Assembly: GCA_038150265.1 (NCBI GenBank)
Contig: JAYOTF010000014.1
Coordinates: forward strand, 11,186-75,185
From: Deltaproteobacteria bacterium
GTDB lineage: Bacteria; SAR324; NAC60-12
Direction of reading: 5' to 3'
Length of the DNA stretch: 64,000 bases
The first letter of the stretch is position 1, and every line of letters starts with the position of its first letter. This document shows positions 9,524 through 19,457 of the stretch, one piece after another. The notes under the pieces are model-generated. The model was not told the origin of the DNA. It ran no database searches and worked only from the letters and a program-made list of their open reading frames with translations. Both the position numbers and the translations under genes were made by a program.

Positions 9524-10576
9524 TCAGAACACGGACTGTCCGGTTGAGTCCGGGCGGGCAATGGCGTCGACCGCCATCTGCATGGTGATGCTGCCCACAA
9601 CGGCGCCCTTCTTGTCAAGGACAGGCAGCGGGGTGTGGCCATGCTTGGCCAGCTTCGGCAACGCATCCTCCAGTGAGGTCGACATGGAGATTCCGGACGA
9701 GGCTTCCGGCTTGTTCTCCGTGTCCATGACCGCCTTCACCAGCAGCACCCGCGCCCGGTTGATGTCCCGGACAAAGTCGGTGATGTAGTCATCAGCCGGC
9801 TTGAGCACAATCTGCTGCACCGTCCCCTGCTGAATCACCTCGCCATCTCGCAAGATCGCAATCTGATCGCCCAACCGCAGCGCCTCATCCAGGTCGTGGG
9901 TAATGAAGACAATCGTCTTGTGCAGCTCTTCCTGCAGACTCAGCAAGATGGTCTGCATCTCGGAGCGGATCAGCGGGTCCAGCGCGCTGAAGGCTTCGTC
10001 CATCAGCAGGATGTCGGCGTCGGTGGTCAGCGCCCGTGCCAGGCCGACACGCTGCTGCATGCCTCCGGACAGCTTGGGCGGAAACTGATCCTCGAAGCCG
10101 GAAAGTCCCACACGGTCAATCCAGCGCTCGGCCCGGCGCTTTCCCTCTTCCTTGGAAATGCCCTGAATGTCGAGACCATACATGACATTTTCCAGAATGG
10201 TCCGGTGTGGCAGCAGGGCAAACTTCTGAAAGACCATGGAGGCCCGGTGACGCCGGAAGTCACGGAGCTGCTGCTTGCTCATGGACAGCACCTCTTCGCC
10301 TCCCACCGTGATGCTTCCGGAGGTGGGCTCAATGAGGCGGTTGATGTGTCGGATCAGAGTCGACTTGCCCGACCCCGAAAGGCCCATCACCACCTGGAGG
10401 CTGTTGGCCGGCATGTCCAGGTTGATGTTGTTCAACCCAAGGACGTGGTTGTGCTGATCCAGCAGTTCCTGCTTCCCCATCCCCTCCTTCACCAGAGGCA
10501 TCACCGACTGAGGGTCTGCGCCAAAGATCTTGTAGAGGTTCTCAATCTTGATGAGGATTTCCGGAGCATCAGACAT
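9524..10576 (-). CDS. proV: Glycine betaine/proline-type ABC transporter ATPase
   Basis: MGLSGSGKST, LSGGMQQRVGLARAL, MDEAFSALDPLIR; start trimmed to ATG 10576. Confidence 0.95.
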   Translation of the reverse strand: MSDAPEILIKIENLYKIFGADPQSVMPLVKEGMGKQELLDQHNHVLGLNNINLDMPANSLQVVMGLSGSGKSTLIRHINRLIEPTSGSITVGGEEVLSMSKQQLRDFRRHRASMVFQKFALLPHRTILENVMYGLDIQGISKEEGKRRAERWIDRVGLSGFEDQFPPKLSGGMQQRVGLARALTTDADILLMDEAFSALDPLIRSEMQTILLSLQEELHKTIVFITHDLDEALRLGDQIAILRDGEVIQQGTVQQIVLKPADDYITDFVRDINRARVLLVKAVMDTENKPEASSGISMSTSLEDALPKLAKHGHTPLPVLDKKGAVVGSITMQMAVDAIARPDSTGQSVF

Positions 10577-11477
10577 TCGGACCTCCTGAGCGGTGACGTT
10601 GCAGGCGTCGACCGTATTCCTGGGAAACCCGGTCAAAGATGATGGCCAGTGCCACAATGGCGACCCCGTTGAACAGGCCCAGCGCCAGGTACTGATTCGA
10701 AATGGCCTTCAGCACCGGCTGTCCGAGTCCCCGCACCCCAATCATGGAGGCGATCACAACCATGGCCAGCGACATCATGATCGTCTGGTTGATGCCGGCA
10801 AAGATGTTGGGCAACGCCAGCGGAATCTGGACGCCCGTCAGGCGCTGCCAGGCACTTGCCCCAAAGGCGTCAGCCGCCTCCAGCACCTGCTTGTCCACCA
10901 ACCGGATGCCCAGGTTTGTCAGGCGGACGATGGGGGGAATGGCATAAATCACCACGGCCAGCATGCCCGGAACCTTGCCAATGCCCAACAGCATCACCAC
11001 CGGAATGAGGTAGACGAAGCTGGGAATCGTCTGCATCACGTCCAGAATCGGTGTGATGATCATCTGGGTCCGGTTCGAGCGCGCCATCAGCACGCCCAGG
11101 GGCATGCCCACGACAATGCAGATGAGGGTGCACACCGTAATCATGCTCACGGTGCTCATGGTGTCTTCCCACATGTCCAGGTACCCGATCATCAGCAGAG
11201 CCAGAACGGTTCCGATCGTGATGCGGACACTCCGGCTTCCCAACCAGGCCAACCCGGCCGCCACCAACAGGATCAGGGGCCACGGTGCATGAGTGAGGAG
11301 GTTTTCCAGCCAGATGAGGAACTGAAGGAGGGGGTCAAAGAAGTTCTCGAGGGCTTCCCCGTATTGCCGGGAAAAACTCCGAAAGCCCTCGTCAACCACT
11401 TTTTTTAGAGCCAGGAGGTCTCGGCGTCCCATGGTGGGAAAGCTGAGTAAGAAGTCAGAGTCCAAAGCATTCTCCAT
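10569..11477 (-). CDS. proW: Glycine betaine/proline-type ABC transporter permease
   Basis: PILDVMQTIPSFVYLIP, RLTNLGIR, EAADAFGA, GINQTIMMSLAMVVIASMIG. Confidence 0.95.
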   Translation of the reverse strand: MENALDSDFLLSFPTMGRRDLLALKKVVDEGFRSFSRQYGEALENFFDPLLQFLIWLENLLTHAPWPLILLVAAGLAWLGSRSVRITIGTVLALLMIGYLDMWEDTMSTVSMITVCTLICIVVGMPLGVLMARSNRTQMIITPILDVMQTIPSFVYLIPVVMLLGIGKVPGMLAVVIYAIPPIVRLTNLGIRLVDKQVLEAADAFGASAWQRLTGVQIPLALPNIFAGINQTIMMSLAMVVIASMIGVRGLGQPVLKAISNQYLALGLFNGVAIVALAIIFDRVSQEYGRRLQRHRSGGPNV

Positions 11478-11486
11478 GAAGGTTCA

Positions 11487-11526
11487 CCTCCGAAACGGAG
11501 GCAAAGGGAGAGCCCGGAGGCTCTCC
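11487..11526 (-). terminator. Two GC-rich hairpins between proX and proW (partial terminator or mRNA stabiliser)
   Basis: CCTCCG-AAA-CGGAGG (11487-11501) and GGAGAGCC-CGGA-GGCTCTCC (11507-11526); weak U-tract. Confidence 0.5.
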
Positions 11527-11553
11527 GGTTTACCAACTCTTACGAAGAATGGA

Positions 11554-12594
11554 TCAGAGCGCTCGCTTCACCTTTGCGGCTGCGTCCGCCGACATCCAGG
11601 AAGTCCACATGGACTCCTGAGTGGCCAGGAATTCATAGGCCGCATCTTCACCAGTCGCCTGGTTGGCATCCATCCACTTCAGCATGTTGCCCAGGGCTTC
11701 CAGCGGAATCTTGCGTGCTTCCACGTAGCTCATGGCATCCGAGCCACTTTCCTTGAAGTTCTTGGTGACCACGGTGTTCACCTCAGACTTCGTCCAGGAA
11801 GAAGGCTTCGGATCAAGGCACTCTTCTTCGCTCAGCGCAATGCAGTTGTTCCAGTTGTCAGCGTCATACGGAGCATTGAAGTCCACCGGCACCATCGGGT
11901 ACTTTCCCAGCACCACCGTCGGGGCCCAGTAGTAGCCGAGCCACGGCTCCTTGCGCTCATAAGCCTTGGCAATGGAACCATCCAGACCTGCGCCGGAACC
12001 CGTGTCCACCAGGCGCCAGCCCTTCTCTTCCATGTCAAAGGCCCGGAAGAGGTTGTTGGTGGCCAACTGGCAGCCCCAGCCAGACGGGCAGGTGTAGAGA
12101 GCGCCCTTGCTCGGGTCTTCCGGATGCGGGAACAGGTCCGGACGCTTCAGGATGTCCTGCAGGGTCTTCAGCTCCGGATGCGCCTCGGCAAAGTACTTCG
12201 GAATCCACCAGCCTTCACCAGCGCCCACGATCGGAGTCGGGTTCACCACAAACAGGCGCCCCTCACCCTCTGCCTTCTTCAGCGGGTTGCGGACCGCGTT
12301 GGCCCACAGCTCCGGAGCAATGTCCGGCTCCCCCTTCTCGTCCATCGACGCAAAAGACGTCATGGTTGCACCGGCAATCAGCTCCACGTCGCAGCCATAG
12401 CCTTCCTCCAGAATGATCTTGTCGAGGTTCGCCATGAACTCAGCCGACGCCCAGTTCATCTCGGCAATCGTGACCTTGCCACAGGCGGCAAAAGCCGATG
12501 GCGCCAACAGCAGCACCAACGCCAGGACTGTTGGAAAAATCAGCCTTTGTTTAAGTCGATTCACAAGACTCGGGGTGTTCGGAAAATCCGTCAT
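11554..12594 (-). CDS. proX: OpuAC/ProX-family substrate-binding protein
   Basis: Signal peptide ending AFA, IAEMNWASA, PELW, GWWIP, CPSGWGC, GYYWAPT; substrate cannot be read from the sequence. Confidence 0.9.
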   Translation of the reverse strand: MTDFPNTPSLVNRLKQRLIFPTVLALVLLLAPSAFAACGKVTIAEMNWASAEFMANLDKIILEEGYGCDVELIAGATMTSFASMDEKGEPDIAPELWANAVRNPLKKAEGEGRLFVVNPTPIVGAGEGWWIPKYFAEAHPELKTLQDILKRPDLFPHPEDPSKGALYTCPSGWGCQLATNNLFRAFDMEEKGWRLVDTGSGAGLDGSIAKAYERKEPWLGYYWAPTVVLGKYPMVPVDFNAPYDADNWNNCIALSEEECLDPKPSSWTKSEVNTVVTKNFKESGSDAMSYVEARKIPLEALGNMLKWMDANQATGEDAAYEFLATQESMWTSWMSADAAAKVKRAL

Positions 12595-12697
12595 TTCAAT
12601 CCTTTAATGAAGTTATTGATTTGACCCCACTCGGCGGTGGCGTCGGGGGACCAGATGCGAAGAACGAGGCATAGCGGGAGGGTCCCCTCTTTTCAAG

Positions 12698-12855
12698 GCC
12701 TTGGGCCTAAAGACCGTCCTTTGTACTCGGGCAAAAATCAGGAGGTTTCGGGTGTGATTGCGAGCATGGTCAACTCACCGTACATCCGCCTCCTTTTCGA
12801 CACAAGCACGTGCCCCTGAGGGGCGTGCGGACGTGGGTTCTATGCCCTAAAGGCT
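12698..12855 (-). ncRNA. Candidate structured ncRNA or long 5' leader upstream of proXWV (family unassigned)
   Basis: 5' end falls at the predicted TSS of a near-consensus promoter; hand-folded end-to-end pairing GCCUU/AAGGC, GGGC/GCCC, CGUCC/GGACG, AGGAGG/CCUCCU. Confidence 0.55.
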
Positions 12856-12859
12856 TACT

Positions 12860-12888
12860 AAGTTACAGAGCCCCTTGCCTTTTGTCAA
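12860..12888 (-). promoter_or_regulatory. sigma70-type promoter
   Basis: Minus strand TTGACA-17nt-TAACTT. Confidence 0.7.
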
Positions 12889-13112
12889 ATTCGTCACCGA
12901 TAACACTGGTCTGCAAATTCCTGATTTTGGTCATTTATCCTCAAAAACCCCTATTACTTCGGTAAGATAGACCCCTTCGGCGCTGCTTGTTCTTCGTGAG
13001 AAATTTCTTTAGACTGCAAACCTTTTGAACCACCTGCGGCTCAGGGGGAGGTCGTTTTTGAGCGGACTTCCTCCCGGGGTCGCCTCTGTGAACGTCCCTC
13101 CCAAGGAGCCCC

Positions 13113-13769
13113 GTGCGTGTGACCCTGAAAGCGGCCGCCACCCTCGATGGCAAGATTGCGACTGCGTCCGGAGAGTCGCAGTGGATCACGGGTCCGGAAG
13201 CCCGCCAATGGGGGCACCGTTTGCGAGCCGAACATGAGGCCATTCTGGTGGGCATCGGGACGGTGCTGGCCGATGACCCGGCGCTGACCACTCGCGGCGT
13301 TCCGGAGGGGCCCTCCCCCGCCCGCGTGGTCCTCGACTCCCAGGGGCGGCTCCCGGCTCACGCCCGGGTCCTGGCTCCGGATTCGGTGCCCGTGTGGGTC
13401 TTCACCGGAGCCCATGCTCCCCCGACGCCTCCGGTTTCCCGCTCCCCCCTCCACTGGCGCCCGGCTTCCACCTTCCGTCCGGAAATCCCCTGGGTCCTCG
13501 AGCAGCTCGAACAGGGCGGAATTCAGAGCCTGCTGGTGGAGGGAGGCGCTCAGGTTCATGCTGCTTTTCTGAAAGCTGAGATTTCCCATGAATTAAAACT
13601 TTTCCTTGCACCGAAGGTGATTGGGGGACAAAATGCTCTCACTTGGTGTGCGGACTGGGGGGCTCAGGGCCTCGCAGACACCGAACGCTGGAAAATCCAG
13701 CGGGTTCAGATGCTTGGAAAGGACCTCCTGATCGAGGCTGAATATTTAAACTCTCAAATAAGTCAGTAG
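13113..13769 (+). CDS. RibD C-terminal pyrimidine reductase (stand-alone)
   Basis: VTLKAAATLDGKIATASGESQWITG, VGIGTVLADDPALTTR, LLVEGG, FLAPKVIGG; GTG start with an AAGGAG RBS; no deaminase domain. Confidence 0.9.
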   Translation: MRVTLKAAATLDGKIATASGESQWITGPEARQWGHRLRAEHEAILVGIGTVLADDPALTTRGVPEGPSPARVVLDSQGRLPAHARVLAPDSVPVWVFTGAHAPPTPPVSRSPLHWRPASTFRPEIPWVLEQLEQGGIQSLLVEGGAQVHAAFLKAEISHELKLFLAPKVIGGQNALTWCADWGAQGLADTERWKIQRVQMLGKDLLIEAEYLNSQISQ

Positions 13770-13932
13770 GATTGCGGACTGTACGGTAGCGGATCATTTT
13801 GATTAACTGTTGAGGTTTGGCGCAGCGAAAGGCTCACCAGGCGGATTTCTTCCCATGGGTCCTCAAGCAGTCCTCCACCTTTCTCGGCAAGACGTTTTTC
13901 TGAAAAATAAAATCCGCTCCCGATCAACCTCT

Positions 13933-16581
13933 GTGTCTCGTTTTTTGGTGCCGTTCCGTCTCTCCATTCAACAGCAACTCTTCCTCCTGGTCGTTGTCGT
14001 CAGTGGCGTGTTGTGCCTGGCCATTGGTGGGTTGGTGCACCTGCGAACGGTCCAGTACCTGGAAGCCGCTCAGCTGGAAGACATGGTTCGGCTCCGGGCA
14101 CTGGTCGCCCAGGACATCAACCGCTTCTTTGAGCAGCATCACCACCCCAACTACCAGGTGAGGCTCCCGGAAGCCCTGGGAGCCCCCGCCCAGCGCTCCT
14201 CTTCGGCCAACCGGCTCCTGCTTCCAGAACAAGGCTCGTTTGATTCCCCCTTGAAGCGCTGGGAAGCCTTCAACGAGTTGGAGACCACCTGGCTCCTCAG
14301 TCAGCCCGAAGTCAACCACGCCCTGCAGCTCGCCCGTCAAGGGGAAAGCCTGCTCATCCAGACCCGAGTTCCCTCGCACCCCATCAGCTTCTACCTGCAT
14401 GTGTTCCGAGACGTCGGACGCCAGGATAACCAACTGGGGCTGTACGCGTTCTACCCCTCCGACCTCACCCGGCTTCTGCAGGAGCACCTCAACTTTGAGC
14501 GGCACGACAGCGGGTTGGTCTTCTGGCTCCGAGATGCCGCCGGGGTCCCGCTCGCCTATGCCGCAGACCCCGGCGAGTTTGATGAGTCCCCTCCGACTCC
14601 CCGGACCCTGCGCTCGTCCAACCAGTTGATGGGAGAAACCTCGATTCCGGTGCCCGGAGGCACCTGGACGCTGACCACCATCCGGGGGCGCTCCGAAATT
14701 CAGGAGCAGGCGTGGGAAATGGTGACGCCCCTCTGGGGACTGCTGGCGTTTGTCTTCGTGATCTTTGCCTCCGGAGGCTTTCTGGTCTCCCGGAAGATCG
14801 GGGTCAGCGTCAAGCAGGTGGTGGAGCAGGCAGAGCGCCTGTCTGCCGGCCGCTACCTCACTCCGGAAGAGACCCCGCTGACCCGCCAAAACGAGCTGGA
14901 CGCCATCTGCCAGGCCCTGCTGCAGATCTCTGATGGCTTGCGCGGCATGGAGCAGGAAGCCACCCGGTTCATTGAAGGAGAGGCCACCCGGATTGTGCAG
15001 CCGCGCTCCAACGAAGACAGCATGGCCTCCACCTTCAACCGCATGATTGAAGCGGTGCACCAGCGGGAAGGACGCCTCAAGGAACAAGGTGAGCTGAATG
15101 AGACCATCCTCAACTCCCTCACCGAGGCGATCTTCATTGTCCAGCCAGACGGACAGATCATCCGGACCAATCCCGTTGCCGCTTCCTGGCTAGAGGGAAA
15201 CCCGGCGGAGACGGCCAACCTGATGCACCTCTTTGCCGATGAGCAGCAGCTGCATGAGCAGGTTCTCAAGCAACTGCAGCATCATCTGGAGCTGCAACAG
15301 GAGACTCCGGACTTGTTGCAGCAGACGCTTGAGGCCATCCCGCTCCCGGTCATTGGCATCCGCCCAGACAGCTCGATTGCCCTGGTCAACGATCGGTTTC
15401 TTGCAGCAACCGGTTACGAGACCTCCCTGCTCAACCAAGCCTTCGGCACCCTCCTGCCTTCCGAGTTTCAGGACAAGCATGAGGAGTACGTCGATCACTT
15501 CTTTGACGCCTCCTCCCTTCGGTCGATGGGGCAGGGCGTCCGTTTCCCGCTGATGACGGCAAAGGGGGGCAAGCGCTACTTTGAGGTGGCTTTGATTCCA
15601 CTCCATGGAGAAAATCCGCTGGCGCTGGCGTTCCTGGCCGACCCGGCGACTCAGGAGCGTTGGGAGATCTTCCGACTCGTGTACTTCTCCAGCCTCTTTG
15701 ACAGCACCGAAAACCAACGCGTCCAGCAGCTCAAGAAGATGAGTGGCGAGGAGATTCCGGTGCTCGTCTCCACTGCGGTGCTCCACGACCGTGCCGGCAT
15801 GCTCAACGGCGCCGTTGTTGCCATGCGTGACCTCACCAGCTTCCAGCGTGTGCAGCGTCAGCTGCAGCAGTCTGCCAAGCTCGCCTCGCTTGGAGAGATG
15901 GCCACCGGGGTGGCACACGAGATCAACCAGCCCCTGACCTTCATCAACGGGGTGCTCTTTGACCTCGTTGAGGACCTGAACGACGGAGTGCCCCTTGAGC
16001 CCCAACAGACCCTGCAGGACCTCAAGGAGAGCCAGCGTCAGGTCCAGCGCATCACCAAGATCATCCAGCACATGCGCCTGTTCGGACGCCAGCACTCGGA
16101 TGCTCGTCAGCCGGTGAGGCTTCGAGAAATCATCAATAACGTCATGCTGTTGCTCGGCAAGAGCCTGCGAAATGCCAACCTTGAAGTGGACCTGACCTAT
16201 CCGGAGGATGAGGAGCTGCTGTTCCAGGCCAACCCCATCCAGCTCGAACAGGTCTTCATCAACCTGCTCCAGAACATCATTGATGCCATGGAAGAGCTGG
16301 TCCTCCCCCGGGAGCGACGGTGGGTCCACATCCAGCTCAAGCGCCAACGGGGCAACGGCCTCGTGCTGCTTGAAGACAACGGCCCCGGCATTCCAGAGGA
16401 AGTCGTGGAACGCATCTTCGACCCCTTCTTCACCACCAAAGGTCCCAACAAGGGCACCGGCCTGGGCCTGTCCATCTCCCTCGGCATCATTGAAGCACAC
16501 GGAGGACGCCTCCAGTGCCGGACTCAGGTTGGCAAGGGAACCACGTTTGAGATCACCCTGCCGCTCTCCCAGGAAGCATGA
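13933..16581 (+). CDS. Membrane sensor histidine kinase (periplasmic domain, HAMP-like, PAS, HisKA, HATPase)
   Basis: Two TM segments, [45 protein letters not shown]; start uncertain. Confidence 0.92.
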   Translation: MSRFLVPFRLSIQQQLFLLVVVVSGVLCLAIGGLVHLRTVQYLEAAQLEDMVRLRALVAQDINRFFEQHHHPNYQVRLPEALGAPAQRSSSANRLLLPEQGSFDSPLKRWEAFNELETTWLLSQPEVNHALQLARQGESLLIQTRVPSHPISFYLHVFRDVGRQDNQLGLYAFYPSDLTRLLQEHLNFERHDSGLVFWLRDAAGVPLAYAADPGEFDESPPTPRTLRSSNQLMGETSIPVPGGTWTLTTIRGRSEIQEQAWEMVTPLWGLLAFVFVIFASGGFLVSRKIGVSVKQVVEQAERLSAGRYLTPEETPLTRQNELDAICQALLQISDGLRGMEQEATRFIEGEATRIVQPRSNEDSMASTFNRMIEAVHQREGRLKEQGELNETILNSLTEAIFIVQPDGQIIRTNPVAASWLEGNPAETANLMHLFADEQQLHEQVLKQLQHHLELQQETPDLLQQTLEAIPLPVIGIRPDSSIALVNDRFLAATGYETSLLNQAFGTLLPSEFQDKHEEYVDHFFDASSLRSMGQGVRFPLMTAKGGKRYFEVALIPLHGENPLALAFLADPATQERWEIFRLVYFSSLFDSTENQRVQQLKKMSGEEIPVLVSTAVLHDRAGMLNGAVVAMRDLTSFQRVQRQLQQSAKLASLGEMATGVAHEINQPLTFINGVLFDLVEDLNDGVPLEPQQTLQDLKESQRQVQRITKIIQHMRLFGRQHSDARQPVRLREIINNVMLLLGKSLRNANLEVDLTYPEDEELLFQANPIQLEQVFINLLQNIIDAMEELVLPRERRWVHIQLKRQRGNGLVLLEDNGPGIPEEVVERIFDPFFTTKGPNKGTGLGLSISLGIIEAHGGRLQCRTQVGKGTTFEITLPLSQEA

Positions 16582-18299
16582 GCCCACTCCGAAAAATCCT
16601 GGTTGTGGATGATGAACCCCTGGTCCGCCGGACCATTGAGCGGTCGCTCCGGACCCTGGAGGTGGACCTGCACACGGCCGAAAATGGCGCAGAGGGGCTG
16701 CAGCAGATTGAGGCCCTGCACCCCGACGTGGTGGTGCTGGACCTGCGCATGCCGGTTCTGGATGGCCTGGGGGTGCTGCAGCAGCTGGACCTGCGTCCCG
16801 ATGCCCCTCCAGACGTCATTGTCCTCACCGGGCATGGAGACGACGACGAGCTACGCGCCTGTTACGCTCAAGGCGCCCGAGCGTTTCTGAAGAAGCCCTT
16901 CAATCCCATTGAAATGCGAGCCCTGGTGCAGCAAAGCCTCACCATCCGAGAAGCCCAGCAGGCCCTTCAGGAAGTCAACCAGCAACTGGAGCAGCGCGTC
17001 CGGGAACGCACCCAGGACCTGAATCAGCTCAATGAAGCCTTCCGGCGCTTTGTTCCCCGGCAGTACCTCGAGCGGGCGGAGTCGGCGCAGATGGAGGCCT
17101 TCCGTCCGGGGCACTTTCATGTGGAACCGATGACGGTGCTGTTTCTGGACCTCCGGGACTTCACCAACCTCACAGAGCCCCTGACGCCTCTGGAGACCCT
17201 GGAATTCCTCAACCGCTTCTTTGGCCTGATTGTTCCTGTCATTGAAGCGCACGATGGCTTTGTTGACAAATTCATGGGCGATGGCCTGATGGCCCTCTTC
17301 GACCGCAGTGAAGGCGCCCGGCACGCCGTACAGGCGGCGCTGGAGATGCAGGAGGTCCTTCAGGTCCACAATGCCGAACGCGAGCGGCTGCAGCAGCGCC
17401 CGTTGCGCTTTGGGGTCGGCATCCACACTGGCCTGGTCGTGGTGGGGACCATCGGCTCCGACTCCCGCCTCGATTCCACGGCCATTGGCGACACCATCAA
17501 CTCCGCCTCCCGTCTGGAGCAACTGACCAAGCAGTACGGCAGCTGGTTGCTGATCACGGAGACCACGCTCAAGGACCTGGCCACCAGCGAGTTTCAGACC
17601 CGGATGATCGACCGCATCCGCTTTCGGGGCAAGCGCAACCCGCTGCGCATCTATGAGGTCTTTGACCACCTGCCCCTCTCGGCCCAGACCCTCCGGCAGG
17701 AACAGGCGCCCCTGTTTGCCAAGGGGATGGCGCTTTACCAGCAGGGCGCCTTTGAAGAGGCGCTGGACGCCTTTGAGCAGTGCCTCAAGGTGGACCCCGG
17801 AGACAGCATCGTCGTCGAGTACCTCCGGCGCTGCCACACCTTCCTCAAGTACCCCCCCGAGCACTGGGAAGGCATCATGGATGCCAGTGACGAGCTGCTG
17901 CAGCGGGCGCGTCGTCGCACCGCGCCTCGGCTTCCCTTCAGCAGCCCCGCGTGGGTGCAGCGGAATCCGGAACACATCATTCCCGCCCAAACCCTCGACC
18001 TCTCTCGCTACGGATTGCGACTTGCGCTGGAAGAGGCCGCGGGCATTGGAGAAATCCTCATGGTCCGGATCGACCCCCAGCACCTGCAGCTGGAAATCGG
18101 CCTCGACCGTCCCTTTGAAATGCTCTCCCAGGTGGCGTGGAGTCGGGAAGCCCCGCAGGAAGAGCCCCTCCTGCCCTGGCAAGTGGGAGTCGAGTTTGTG
18201 ACCCTGGATCCGGAAGAGGAAATCTGGCTCAACCGCATCCTCATCAACCTGTCGGAACAGGTCCCCAGTTCCTCTCCTCCCGAGGTGTCCCATGCCTAA
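16578..18299 (+). CDS. REC - class III adenylate cyclase - TPR - PilZ protein
   Basis: REC (VVDD, DLRMP, KPF); FLDLRDFT, DKFMGDG, TAIGDTINSASRLE; TPR; RTAPR...DLSRYG. Confidence 0.9.
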   Translation: MSPLRKILVVDDEPLVRRTIERSLRTLEVDLHTAENGAEGLQQIEALHPDVVVLDLRMPVLDGLGVLQQLDLRPDAPPDVIVLTGHGDDDELRACYAQGARAFLKKPFNPIEMRALVQQSLTIREAQQALQEVNQQLEQRVRERTQDLNQLNEAFRRFVPRQYLERAESAQMEAFRPGHFHVEPMTVLFLDLRDFTNLTEPLTPLETLEFLNRFFGLIVPVIEAHDGFVDKFMGDGLMALFDRSEGARHAVQAALEMQEVLQVHNAERERLQQRPLRFGVGIHTGLVVVGTIGSDSRLDSTAIGDTINSASRLEQLTKQYGSWLLITETTLKDLATSEFQTRMIDRIRFRGKRNPLRIYEVFDHLPLSAQTLRQEQAPLFAKGMALYQQGAFEEALDAFEQCLKVDPGDSIVVEYLRRCHTFLKYPPEHWEGIMDASDELLQRARRRTAPRLPFSSPAWVQRNPEHIIPAQTLDLSRYGLRLALEEAAGIGEILMVRIDPQHLQLEIGLDRPFEMLSQVAWSREAPQEEPLLPWQVGVEFVTLDPEEEIWLNRILINLSEQVPSSSPPEVSHA

Positions 18300-19428
18300 G
18301 AACCGCATCCTCCTTGTCGATGATGAAGAAATTGTTCGCAGTACCGTCCGACGCGCCCTCCGTCATGAAGCCGTTGAAATCGCAGAGGCTGAAAATGGAC
18401 AGGTCGCGCTGGAAAGCATCCGGAGCTGGGAGCCCGATGTGGTCTTCCTGGACCTCCGGATGCCGGTGCTGGATGGAATCGGGCTGCTGCAGGAGCTTCA
18501 GCTGACGCCTGAGGTTCCGCTGCAGGTCATCATTCTGACCGGACACGGCGATGATGAGGAGCTGCGGGAGTGCTACCAGCTGGGCGCCCGTGCCTTTTTG
18601 CGCAAGCCCTTCAACCGCATTGAAATCCGGGCCCTGATGCGCCAGAGCCTCGACTTCCTCAAGTCTCAGCGGCAGCTGCGCCTCGCTCTTTCCCTGAGGT
18701 CGGAGCAGCTGGAGCAAACGGAGGCCGAGCTGTTTCAGGCCTCCAAGCTCTCCCTCCTCGGCGAGTTCACTGCCGGCATGGTGGTGGACCTCAGTCAGCC
18801 CATCGGCTTGCTGAGCCTGGCGGTGGAAAGTGGCCGGAAGGCCCTGGAGCAACGGGATTGGGAACGGATGGAGCGCGTTGTCAACCGCCTCGGGCAGGCC
18901 ACTCAGGAGACCATGGACCTCCTGGACCGCATGCGTTCCTTTGGTCAGCAAAACCTGGAGTCGCCCTACCCGCTGCGCCTGAATGAGACCCTGCAGAAGA
19001 CCCTCAGGCTGCTGGAGCAGCCTCTGGAAAACGCCGGCATTTCCGTCAGCCTGGACCTCCAAACGGGGCTCCCGGAGGTCCAGGCCGTCTCCGGACAACT
19101 GGAGCAGGTCTTCACACACCTGATCCTGAACGCCAAGGAGGCGCTGCTGCTCAATCGCGCTGAAGGAGAGCGCACCCTGCACCTGCAGACCCGGAGCACG
19201 CCCACAGCGGTGCAGGCCCTTGTGCGCGACAACGGCGGAGGGGTGCCCGAAGACATGGAGCCGCACCTCTTTGACACCCTTTACACGACCCGGGACGGGA
19301 CGGCCGCTGCAGGGATGGGGCTCTCCATCAGCAAACGCTTGCTCGGACTCTACGAGGCTGATATTCTGTTAAACAATTACCCTCATGAGGGAGCGGAGTT
19401 TGTCATCACGTTCCCCCTGAAAATCTGA
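18292..19428 (+). CDS. REC - HATPase hybrid with degenerate H-box (pseudo-kinase)
   Basis: REC intact; GMVVDLSQP in place of [11 protein letters not shown]1 and G2 boxes present. Confidence 0.85.
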   Translation: MPKNRILLVDDEEIVRSTVRRALRHEAVEIAEAENGQVALESIRSWEPDVVFLDLRMPVLDGIGLLQELQLTPEVPLQVIILTGHGDDEELRECYQLGARAFLRKPFNRIEIRALMRQSLDFLKSQRQLRLALSLRSEQLEQTEAELFQASKLSLLGEFTAGMVVDLSQPIGLLSLAVESGRKALEQRDWERMERVVNRLGQATQETMDLLDRMRSFGQQNLESPYPLRLNETLQKTLRLLEQPLENAGISVSLDLQTGLPEVQAVSGQLEQVFTHLILNAKEALLLNRAEGERTLHLQTRSTPTAVQALVRDNGGGVPEDMEPHLFDTLYTTRDGTAAAGMGLSISKRLLGLYEADILLNNYPHEGAEFVITFPLKI

Positions 19429-19457
19429 CCTGCCCTCACGTCTACGTCACTGATTCC

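Noticed and set aside
12690..12860. Firm assignment of the structured RNA as 6S, SRP, or a c-di-GMP-I, c-di-AMP or glycine riboswitch
   Set aside because: No large central bubble, no SRP GGAA-loop motif, no GGCAAAC..GAAA..GACGCAAA, and no other diagnostic consensus; left unassigned.
12900..13112. FMN riboswitch upstream of the RibD-like gene
   Set aside because: None of the RFN consensus blocks (AGGGCGGGGUG, CCGACGGU..AGUCCGGAUG) is present.
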